Virus record (IMG/VR): IMGVR_UViG_3300033068_001704
Coordinates: 128,001-192,000 of that record
Reading direction: 5' to 3' (one strand)
Origin: a virus
Lineage: Duplodnaviria > Caudoviricetes
Length of the DNA stretch: 64,000 nucleotides
A program made the position numbers and the translations under genes. Positions 10,832-19,101 of this stretch are shown here, piece by piece. Every line of letters starts with the position of its first letter. Within the stretch, counting starts at the first letter, position 1. Under the pieces are notes generated by a model, which saw nothing but the letters and a program-made list of their open reading frames with translations, did no database searches and was not told where the DNA came from.

Positions 10832-10850
10832 GGTCGGTAAGTTACCGACC
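10832..10850. promoter_or_regulatory. Perfect 9-bp inverted repeat GGTCGGTAA-g-TTACCGACC, candidate operator/promoter
   Basis: Seen directly; 3 nt upstream of the HNH-like start codon. Confidence 0.45.
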
Positions 10851-10875
10851 CTGACTCAGTAACGAACCGAGCGAA

Positions 10876-11691
10876 TCAACCTCCGAACAGGGTTTCCTCG
10901 ACTTCTGCACGTCTCGGGGCGAGGCGCTCGTAGTGGCGCATGACCGAGCGCCAGTTCGACAGCCGGAACCGCCTCCTCTCGCCGTGGGACGACCAGTACG
11001 TCTGCTCACAGCTCAGCCCAGGTCGGACACGGACACCGGTCGCATCCTCCGACACGGTCCATGGATGTGCCCTACATGCGGCGAGGGACCGTCGCAGGTT
11101 GGTCGCGAGGATCCCCACGGCCCTCTCCGCCTCGAACAGCTCTTGCGGGGAACGGACCCCACGAGAGTAGACCCCCGGAAAACGAACCTGGACGAGGCCG
11201 AAGTCCATCGCGCGGATGTCGTGCTGCCGACGCCACTCCGAACTTCGGACCTGGCGCATCATGTCTCGAACGGAGATCGGGTCTCCCCCAGCCGCTTCAC
11301 GTGCACGGACGACACGACGAACTTCCTGCCGACCCACAGCACATCGGTTGAAGCTGCTCTCCTGGAACGCGATGGAGGCGAGGATCCATGGATCCAGAGA
11401 CACGTCAGGCTGTCCTTGAGGCGTGTCGTAGGCTGCGCTGACGAAGATGCCAGCCAGCTCGGCTGCATGGGCGTTGGCCGTCGTGCCAGCGTGCAGCCGA
11501 TCGCCGCACACTTCCCATCGCAGTCTCCGCTCTGTGCCCATTGCCAGGTCCAGGATCCCTTCCGAGAGGGCTTCCTGAACTCGGGTGCGGTCGGGGAGTT
11601 CCCCGTTCCCGACATCTTGGGCAGTCGATTCTCCGGCCGTCACCATCATGGTGAGGACGAAAAACATGAGTACAATTCCACACTTACGCAT
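10876..11691 (-). CDS. Secreted SLT-type lytic transglycosylase-like protein
   Basis: N-terminal signal peptide; ILASIAFQESSFN (catalytic Glu motif) and DFGLVQV. Confidence 0.6.
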   Translation of the reverse strand: MRKCGIVLMFFVLTMMVTAGESTAQDVGNGELPDRTRVQEALSEGILDLAMGTERRLRWEVCGDRLHAGTTANAHAAELAGIFVSAAYDTPQGQPDVSLDPWILASIAFQESSFNRCAVGRQEVRRVVRAREAAGGDPISVRDMMRQVRSSEWRRQHDIRAMDFGLVQVRFPGVYSRGVRSPQELFEAERAVGILATNLRRSLAACRAHPWTVSEDATGVRVRPGLSCEQTYWSSHGERRRFRLSNWRSVMRHYERLAPRRAEVEETLFGG

Positions 11692-11862
11692 CGAAACTCT
11701 CCTTCAGGGTGTGTATCGGTCGGGGGACCTCTCATCGTCTCGGGCCCCTCAGTCCGTTCGTTCTGTTCGTTCTCCTCGTGGTTTTGGTCCCTCAGGGGAC
11801 GCGGTCCGGCCCGTACAGGGCTGTTATCGCCCTATCCGGGAAAATCTTGTTGTTACGAGGGG

Positions 11863-12522
11863 TTACCCTCTTTTTGCGGTGCGCTGGATCCAGGGGGTGC
11901 ACGAGTGGTGGACCCACCCGATGTTCCCGCCACCCCAAACGACCCTCCCAGGGTCGGCATCTTTGAGGACGGAAAGTCCGCAGAAGACGCAGTGATTGAT
12001 CCCATCCGGGATCCTCTGGGGGGTGTTGGAGAGGGAGGCTTCCTGATGTGAGAGGTACCAGACGCTCCACCCATTACCAAATGGGGGGTGGTGGAACACC
12101 GCCGGGTCGAACAACGGGGTCACCGGGAACCACGGGGAGTCGATCGGGAGGCCGATTCTCGGGTCCAGCTCGAAGAGGTGTGGAGCGAGGGACCGAGCCA
12201 GCGCCGTGAAAGCACTCAAGATGGTCTCCTGGTGGTCCTCATCGGTCTGGCTGAGATTCATCTGCGGCCCGAACCTAGTCCCCGGGATCGTTCTTCGCTG
12301 CCCAAACTGGGTGCTCCCCTTCTTCCAGGGACGTCCTGCGGGGATGTGCTCGGACAGGACGGAGACGGTCAGGCCGATCTGAATGTTGTTCGAGATGCCT
12401 TCTCGGTTGAGCGTCGTGGCCACGGAAATGAAGGGGATGTCCCGTGCCGGAATCCATCCCAAGACGTATTCCTCGATCAGATCCGGGGAGTTCTGGAGGA
12501 TCTCGGTGACCTGGTTGAGCAT
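11863..12522 (-). CDS. Hypothetical protein with C-terminal CxxC...HxxC cluster
   Basis: 219 aa ORF; CVFC and HHSC motifs. Confidence 0.6.
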   Translation of the reverse strand: MLNQVTEILQNSPDLIEEYVLGWIPARDIPFISVATTLNREGISNNIQIGLTVSVLSEHIPAGRPWKKGSTQFGQRRTIPGTRFGPQMNLSQTDEDHQETILSAFTALARSLAPHLFELDPRIGLPIDSPWFPVTPLFDPAVFHHPPFGNGWSVWYLSHQEASLSNTPQRIPDGINHCVFCGLSVLKDADPGRVVWGGGNIGWVHHSCTPWIQRTAKRG

Positions 12523-12647
12523 CTACCTGTCGCCTTTACGCTTCGGACGAGGTGTAGGGTACCCGTCACTGTCAATTCCCGACCCGGTATCAGAACTATC
12601 AATCACCAGGGTCGTACTTCCCCACCCGAGATTCGTCGAAGAAAAGC

Positions 12648-15600
12648 ATGACCGACACCCTCGACAAGCTGAAGAAGGCGTTCGAGCAGACGATCAGCAC
12701 GTCGGCCTCGGTTCAGCCCTGGAACGAGCCTCTTACCCGACGGGACATGGTCCAGTCGAGCCAGGCGCTGGCGGGACCCATTGTCCCCGGTGGCCTTGGG
12801 TCTTGGGTGGCCTCGGGTGGGTTTCCGCTCACTGTTACGACGAGCCTCGGGGTTCAGACCGGTGCCGCGACCCCGAACCGCAACCGGTTCGAGATGGGGT
12901 TGGGGCTGCCTGGAGTTCCGGATGTGGACTTCATCCCGTATGCGGCGAACACGAACCGCTTCGGGGCGAAGGGGCCCTCCCTTCTGGGTCATCCGATCTC
13001 GTGGGAGGTCGTCGGACCGACGCTGAAGTCCCCGTACTGCGACTGGCAGTGGAACGTGATTCCGGCGGACAACGAGATCGTCTTGGAGGCGGGTCCGTTC
13101 CCGCGTCTTGGGGCCGTCCCGACGGTTGAGGAGGCCTACGGGCTGGCGGGTGACGTACCGACCAACTACGACCCGTTCGGCGGCCTTTACGTGTTGTTCT
13201 CGTTCACGGGTGAGGACTTCACGGGCTCACTCGCGGGTGGGCGGACGCCCATCACGGCGACCTACAAGGCGAGGGCACCGTACGAGATCTTCCGCGTCAC
13301 GGACTTCGCGGGCCAGAAGTTCTTCCTCCGGTCTGAGAAGTTGATCGGGGACTACTACGGGTCGGGCAATGGGTGTCGGGCGATCACGGTCATTCGACCG
13401 AAGGTCACGCGCCTGGTTCCGTTCCAGGTGCCTGTGTCTGGGCAGACGCAGCGAAACCGAGTCTTCGTCTTCGTGCCCCCCGAGACGTCGGCAACCTCCG
13501 AGTACATGCCCCCGTTCGACCAGGGTACGCTCGGTCTGGGCACCTGGAAGAACGGTGGTTTCGACGTCTCGGGAACGATCCCCCCGGGAGCGACCTACGG
13601 AACTTCGGTTGCCCTCCCGATCCCCAAGCCGATCGTCCAACTGACGGCAGAGATCGCCTCTGGTGCCACCGGTTTCGATGCCGACACCTGGGAGATCGAG
13701 TTCCCGACCCCGTCTGCTGAGGTCGTCGAGGGGCGCATTGTGCGCATCTCACAGATCACCGACTCGGCCACGACCAACTTCACCGATGGTTCGGCAGCAA
13801 ACGCCCTCGGCTACTTCCAGATCTTGAGCGTCACGGCTGGTCCTCCGGACGTCGTGCTTCTTCAGCGTGTGCCGGAAGCGAACCCCGACACAGGGGCCGT
13901 CTTCTTCGGCAACGGACCCTCGGCGGTCGCGGGGGCCATCAGCATCCGGGTGGAGGTCTACGACGCGATCTCCTCGCTCTTCAGTGGGTCTCTCGACATC
14001 GGGAAGCTGGCTGCTGCCCGGTTGACGAATCTGATCGACCCTAAGACCGTTGGGGCATCGGTCGGTTTCCGGGACACGAACAAGCCTGTCCCCTCCTCGA
14101 AGCCGGACCGGGCAATCTTCGACACGCGTCCGGGTGCGGATCCCGGCAACCTGCTCGACCTGGGCTTCCGGGCTGTCTACTTCCCGGCGAAGGTGGAAGC
14201 TGGGGTCGCCGTCCCGGACTTCGATCACCCGATCGATTCGAACGAGGTCAAGCTCGACCCGGCGGTCAACGAACGTCAGTGGATCGAGACGGACTACGCG
14301 AGCGGGGTCGCGTACCTCTCCCACACCCCGGAGGCAGGGGATCCTGCGTGTGAGGTCGCTCCGGGCCTGGGTCCGTTCTTCGCCTCGAACAACCCGCGTG
14401 GGGAGGTCGTTCTCTTCGCAGCGTGTGTCCCCTTCTCGATGGAGGAGGGGCAGACCGGGGCAGGCGTCCGCGTCATGGCCTCGAACCCTGATTCGGTCAC
14501 GAATGGCCTCGGGGACAACGACTTCGCGGATGTGTATGGGCGTCGAATCATCACGTCTCCGACCGTCAACACGACGATCGAGCCGGGGGTTACGACGGCT
14601 ATCATCACCTCTTTCACCGATCTCTTGGCGATCCCCCCGAGCGGATTCTTCTTCGTCGGGAACGTGGTAGCTGGTGCCCTCACCACGAAGAACGGCCCGT
14701 ACTTCTATCAGTACACGGACCTCTCTGGCCCCAACGTCCGCCTCAACGGGATCACCGGACCGACCGGAGCTGTGGTGGTCAACCCCGCGGCGGGTGGCAG
14801 GATCTTCTTCCAGCGATCGTTGCGTTCGTTCGATCCTCAGAATGCGTCCTCCGACGCGGTTCGTGGGTCTTCGAAGCGAGTCAACACGCTGGCGTTCAAG
14901 AACTTCGGGATTGAGTTCTCAGCGGATGGGTCGGTCATCATCGAGGCCCCCGCCGCGGCTGTGGCTGCCACGCTTCAAAGCGCGTACGTGGCAGGGAACA
15001 CGATCGCGGTAACGGCGGGCGAGGGATCGATCTCGTTCACCAACACGGCTGATACGACCGCTGTCCTTGCCGTGGGCGCGAACTCGACTGGGGCGGCCAT
15101 CCTTACCTCGGTGGAGGATGGTGTCGGTTTCTACACGGATGTGTCTGGGGTTTCATCTTCTGCCAGAGGGGTCGAAATCGAGGTCTCCGACAACGCCTCC
15201 GACGCAATCGGAGTGCTCGTCAATCACACGGGCACTGGCACCGGAATCTCGGTGGACCAGACCGGGGGTGGTAATGCTGTCTCGTTGAACTGCGCCTCGA
15301 CCGGGAGCGGTGTTGTTGCCTTGGTGGAGGAGGGCGTCGGGTTCTACGCGGGGGTGAGCGGCACCACTTCCACCGCGGCTGGCGTCCGCGTAGAGATCAC
15401 TGACGTTGCCTCTGCCTCTGCGGGCGTTCGTGTCACGAACGACGGAAATGGGCCCGGCCTATATGTCCTGACCGATGGGAACGGGCTCGGTCTCTACATC
15501 CGTCAGAGCGGCACTGGGAACGCGATCCGGGTGGACGATCCGGGGGGCGTCGAGGTGTTCGGTGTCACTGAGGCTGGGCGGGTGACAGGGGAGGACTACT

Positions 15601-16055
15601 CGTTCAACACCCCGACCACATTCATCACGCGTATCGATTCCTCCCAGATGAAGGCCGAAGACTCCGCCGACTGGACGTACAAGTACAACCCGGTAGGTGG
15701 TGTTGGTGGTCCTGGGTGGGAGAAGGATACTGCGGCAGGAACCTCCCTCTACGCGTCCATCAGTATCCCGAGAGGTGCGACTATCACCACGGTTTTCGCT
15801 CAGCTCAACAACCCGGGGGCTGGGATGACGGTTGGGATGTTGACGGTCAACGGCACGTCTGGGACCCCTTCGACGTTGATCTTGGGGTCCGCAGCAACGG
15901 CGGGTTTTGGGACGCAGATGTTCTCTGCTGGACTTCCCGTCACCGTGAACACCAACAACAACTACCACATCTACTTCCAGTCCGCGATTGGGAACGCGGT
16001 CCACTGGGTGGACCTCTTCTGGACGTACGATGCCGTCAGGCTTGGCAACTTCTGA
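12648..16055 (+). CDS. Large virion structural/fibre protein
   Basis: 1135 aa, beta-rich, with glycine-rich beta-helix-like repeats in the C-terminal third and an LQSAY.AGNT module shared with 47908..51213. Confidence 0.7.
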   Translation: MTDTLDKLKKAFEQTISTSASVQPWNEPLTRRDMVQSSQALAGPIVPGGLGSWVASGGFPLTVTTSLGVQTGAATPNRNRFEMGLGLPGVPDVDFIPYAANTNRFGAKGPSLLGHPISWEVVGPTLKSPYCDWQWNVIPADNEIVLEAGPFPRLGAVPTVEEAYGLAGDVPTNYDPFGGLYVLFSFTGEDFTGSLAGGRTPITATYKARAPYEIFRVTDFAGQKFFLRSEKLIGDYYGSGNGCRAITVIRPKVTRLVPFQVPVSGQTQRNRVFVFVPPETSATSEYMPPFDQGTLGLGTWKNGGFDVSGTIPPGATYGTSVALPIPKPIVQLTAEIASGATGFDADTWEIEFPTPSAEVVEGRIVRISQITDSATTNFTDGSAANALGYFQILSVTAGPPDVVLLQRVPEANPDTGAVFFGNGPSAVAGAISIRVEVYDAISSLFSGSLDIGKLAAARLTNLIDPKTVGASVGFRDTNKPVPSSKPDRAIFDTRPGADPGNLLDLGFRAVYFPAKVEAGVAVPDFDHPIDSNEVKLDPAVNERQWIETDYASGVAYLSHTPEAGDPACEVAPGLGPFFASNNPRGEVVLFAACVPFSMEEGQTGAGVRVMASNPDSVTNGLGDNDFADVYGRRIITSPTVNTTIEPGVTTAIITSFTDLLAIPPSGFFFVGNVVAGALTTKNGPYFYQYTDLSGPNVRLNGITGPTGAVVVNPAAGGRIFFQRSLRSFDPQNASSDAVRGSSKRVNTLAFKNFGIEFSADGSVIIEAPAAAVAATLQSAYVAGNTIAVTAGEGSISFTNTADTTAVLAVGANSTGAAILTSVEDGVGFYTDVSGVSSSARGVEIEVSDNASDAIGVLVNHTGTGTGISVDQTGGGNAVSLNCASTGSGVVALVEEGVGFYAGVSGTTSTAAGVRVEITDVASASAGVRVTNDGNGPGLYVLTDGNGLGLYIRQSGTGNAIRVDDPGGVEVFGVTEAGRVTGEDYSFNTPTTFITRIDSSQMKAEDSADWTYKYNPVGGVGGPGWEKDTAAGTSLYASISIPRGATITTVFAQLNNPGAGMTVGMLTVNGTSGTPSTLILGSAATAGFGTQMFSAGLPVTVNTNNNYHIYFQSAIGNAVHWVDLFWTYDAVRLGNF

Positions 16056-17342
16056 TCAGGTCGGGGGGGAGACGATGACCGGGACTGCGCTGTCCACAGT
16101 CGTCCCGTTCCCGAGCTGACCAGCGTTGTTCAGACCCCAGCACACGATCTGTCCGGTCGAGCGGATGGTGCAGACATGCTGGCTGGACTGGATGGCGTCC
16201 GCATCCACGATTCCGGTGACCGGGGTCGAGGGGTTGAGGCGCCGACCTTCGGTCGTGTTCCCATCACCCATCTGACCGTAGGTGTTGTCACCCCAGCAGA
16301 GAACCTGGCCCGAGGTCTGGATCACGCAGGTGCTCTCACGCCCTGCCGCGATGAGGACCGCGTCTGCGTCGGGGACCCGCTGCGGGGTGAGGGCGGAGAT
16401 AGCAGCGGACCCAGATCCAATCTGCCCCTGGCGGTTGCGACCCCAGCAGTACACTTCGCCGGCCTGAAGCACACACGAATGGTCGTCTCCGACCGAGAGA
16501 TGGGTCGCACTGGAGATGGAGGACACGGGGCCGGGGGTGGTCGGGCGTGCCAGCATGGTCCCATCACCGAGCTGCCCGAAGGAGTTGTTCTCACCCCAGC
16601 AGGAGACCTGTCCGGTTGCTCGGCGCACACAGGTGAATCCCGAGCCCGCTCCGATTTCCACCGCGTTGGTGATGCCTGCGATCGTCACCGGGACCGTCCG
16701 CTCTAGGCCCATCTGGTAGTACCAACAGGACACACTTCCAGAGATGATGGCGCACACGTGGTAGGCACCTGCCGCGATCTCATCTGCGCCGACGATGCCA
16801 GCCACCAGGGTCGGGGTCAGGGCCCAACCAGCGCCATCCTGAAGCTGGCCCCAGCAGGAGACCGTGCCGTCCGTATGCCGGGCGCAGGTGCCATCATGGA
16901 GGGCTTCGATCTCCACCGCGTCGGTGATGCCGGAGATGAGGCGGGGGGTCTCACCACCCACCCGAGTCCCATCACCGAACTGCCCGGAGCCGTTCCCACC
17001 CCAGCACGCGACCTCACCCGAAGCGTAGAGCGCGCAGGTGTGGACTCGTCCGGTCGCCAGCGAGACGGGATCGAGGCAACGACCCGTGCACGGCATCGTG
17101 CCGCCATCCGGGTCCTCGACCATCATGCCCGCATCGGTGCCAGCATCGGTGCCCGCGTCCGAGTCCTCGACCATGCCGCCATCTTCCATGGGGACCTGGG
17201 CATCGTCGGTGGCAGGGAGACCACCATCGTCGAGGGGCATCTCCATCCCACCGTCGGCGACGGGATTTGCCTGGAGCGTCCCGAGATCGAACGCGCACCC
17301 ACCGAGAACGAACAGACAGGAAACTAGCGTGTTGCGGATCAT
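16056..17342 (-). CDS. RCC1/BLIP-II repeat lipoprotein
   Basis: Lipobox VLGG-C, acidic DAG linker, then about 7 repeats of G..HTC....G.V.CWG.N..GQLG.G. Confidence 0.9.
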   Translation of the reverse strand: MIRNTLVSCLFVLGGCAFDLGTLQANPVADGGMEMPLDDGGLPATDDAQVPMEDGGMVEDSDAGTDAGTDAGMMVEDPDGGTMPCTGRCLDPVSLATGRVHTCALYASGEVACWGGNGSGQFGDGTRVGGETPRLISGITDAVEIEALHDGTCARHTDGTVSCWGQLQDGAGWALTPTLVAGIVGADEIAAGAYHVCAIISGSVSCWYYQMGLERTVPVTIAGITNAVEIGAGSGFTCVRRATGQVSCWGENNSFGQLGDGTMLARPTTPGPVSSISSATHLSVGDDHSCVLQAGEVYCWGRNRQGQIGSGSAAISALTPQRVPDADAVLIAAGRESTCVIQTSGQVLCWGDNTYGQMGDGNTTEGRRLNPSTPVTGIVDADAIQSSQHVCTIRSTGQIVCWGLNNAGQLGNGTTVDSAVPVIVSPPT

Positions 17343-17364
17343 GATGACCTCTCTTCACCTAGGT

Positions 17365-17388
17365 AACGAGCGACCCACCCCGTTTTAC
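17365..17388 (-). promoter_or_regulatory. Candidate ECF-sigma-type promoter GTAA-N16-CGTT
   Basis: Same elements and spacing as at 62017..62040; lies upstream of the RCC1 gene. Confidence 0.45.
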
Positions 17389-17428
17389 CTGTTTCCGGGG
17401 GAGAATCGTACGGTCCCTAGGCGGGGGG

Positions 17429-18223
17429 TCAGTACAGGATCGCGTAGTTCGCCAAGTACCGCTTGGTTCCCGCGGACTTGTTCACGAATGCGAGGCGGAT
17501 GTTCGTCCCGGGGTCACAGGTTCCACACGGGACGAGACGGCGGACCTGGGAGTACCCCGCCCCATCAGAAGCGGAGAGGTACACCTCGAAGTCCGAGGGC
17601 TCCTGATCGACCTCGACAAGGTTCTTGATCGCGGGGGCGTTCTGGTTGGCGTTGGGGCCATCGTACGCCATCACGTCATGTGTGACGCTGTACTCGTGGA
17701 TCTTCCAGTAGACGAGGAAGTTGTCCACCCCGGCCGGGACGTCGGCGGAGATGTCGATCGTGTCCGTGATGAGCACGCCGGGCCGTACGGGGCTGACGAG
17801 GCTGTTCTGAGGGAGCACTGCGACAGAGTTCGCTGCGAGCCCTTCATCCACCCCACCCCCACGTCCGACCTGCGCGCGTGTGGCCCAGGCGATCAAGGGG
17901 GTCGAGCTGGCCGGGAAGGCTGCCGTCAGGTCGAGGAGATCCACATCGGCGGAAGTGAGCAGCCCGTTGTAGTGGATGTAGTTGTAGCGGGGGAACCGAG
18001 CGAGGAGCCCCTCGAAGATGGAGTCCAGGACGTTGTTCGGCCCGAGGAGTCGGGACGTGGATGAGATCGACGGAGGCGTGACCCCATCAGGGACGTCCAC
18101 ATAGAACTTCCCGTTCGACGCCACAGAGGCCCCGACCTCCGGTGTGGGGGCCACCTGGATGATGACCGAGCTGCTCTCGGGACCAGTGTTCGGCAAACGG
18201 TTGATGTCGGCGTAGATTCGCAT
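17429..18223 (-). CDS. Probable virion structural protein
   Basis: 264 aa beta-rich ORF with a CTAT motif 31 nt upstream. Confidence 0.55.
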   Translation of the reverse strand: MRIYADINRLPNTGPESSSVIIQVAPTPEVGASVASNGKFYVDVPDGVTPPSISSTSRLLGPNNVLDSIFEGLLARFPRYNYIHYNGLLTSADVDLLDLTAAFPASSTPLIAWATRAQVGRGGGVDEGLAANSVAVLPQNSLVSPVRPGVLITDTIDISADVPAGVDNFLVYWKIHEYSVTHDVMAYDGPNANQNAPAIKNLVEVDQEPSDFEVYLSASDGAGYSQVRRLVPCGTCDPGTNIRLAFVNKSAGTKRYLANYAILY

Positions 18224-18283
18224 CGGCGGCTACTCTACGTCCTTCGGGCGATAGGGCGAATCACGACAGACCATTGGTAGTGT

Positions 18284-18541
18284 TTGCCCATGAAGAATGA
18301 TCTTGAGGGGGATCCTACCACCTCAACGTTGGCGGTCTCGATCTGCGCGGAGTCCATTGAGGTGGCGAGATTCAGCCCGAAGGCCATCGTGCTCCTGAAT
18401 GGGGCCGGAGGAGAACGGGTTCGGATCGAGGACAACGCCTTCTACGTCGATGGGCAGAAGGTCAACAACGATCCGAACGGCCTCTACCAAGCGATGTGTG
18501 ACTTCTTCAGGCTCCAAGCCGTCACGGACACGATCAGGTAG
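18284..18541 (+). CDS. Hypothetical protein
   Basis: 85 aa ORF filling the gap between two minus-strand genes. Confidence 0.45.
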   Translation: MPMKNDLEGDPTTSTLAVSICAESIEVARFSPKAIVLLNGAGGERVRIEDNAFYVDGQKVNNDPNGLYQAMCDFFRLQAVTDTIR

Positions 18542-18992
18542 CTTCGTCCGGGGGGGTGCTGTCCCGGGAGTCGTCCCCGAGCTTCTTCCGCAACATGCGC
18601 TTGGTGGTCGAGATGATCGTGTCGTACCCGATCTTCGCGAGGATGCCGGCGAAGGTGTAGGTGGCGAGGTGGGCCGCGAACTCGTACCCGGGCTTCACGA
18701 GTTCATCGGCGGCGGGTAGCCACGGGACGAGTCCGAGCAGCATCCCCACGAGGATGGGGTGGGCCGGAAGCGTGACGTAGTACAGACGCTTCCACAGGTC
18801 CGGCTTGTACGGCTCAGGCTCAGGGGGCTTCGCCGAGTCGCGGTAGCCGACCGGGCGATCCCGCCAAGCCACGACCTCGGCCTCTAGCCTCCGAGCGTTG
18901 ACGACGCGCTTTCCAATCTCACCGAGGCTGCCGATGACGAGTGCCGCGATGAGGACAACCGGCGATGTGATCAGAACGTACCAGGTCTGCAT
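18534..18992 (-). CDS. Membrane protein, holin candidate
   Basis: Three hydrophobic segments and a charged C-terminal tail. Confidence 0.5.
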   Translation of the reverse strand: MQTWYVLITSPVVLIAALVIGSLGEIGKRVVNARRLEAEVVAWRDRPVGYRDSAKPPEPEPYKPDLWKRLYYVTLPAHPILVGMLLGLVPWLPAADELVKPGYEFAAHLATYTFAGILAKIGYDTIISTTKRMLRKKLGDDSRDSTPPDEAT

Positions 18993-19003
18993 GGAATGGC
19001 GAC

Positions 19004-19028
19004 GGTATAGAGAAGAACGCTTCTATAC
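19004..19028. promoter_or_regulatory. Back-to-back CTAT motifs between divergent genes
   Basis: GGTATAGAGAAGAACGCTTCTATAC: CTATAC on each strand, each pointing at its gene. Confidence 0.45.
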
Positions 19029-19101
19029 TTGAACGGTGGGGAACACGGTTCCCCCTACATCCGTCGGTACGACCGACAGATCCAGAAGAAGAACGACAAC
19101 A

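Noticed and set aside
17395-17408. Possible shared upstream motif CCGGGGGAGAATC (similar strings near 11836 and 25365)
   Set aside because: Loose match with inconsistent distance to start codons; cannot be separated from chance by eye
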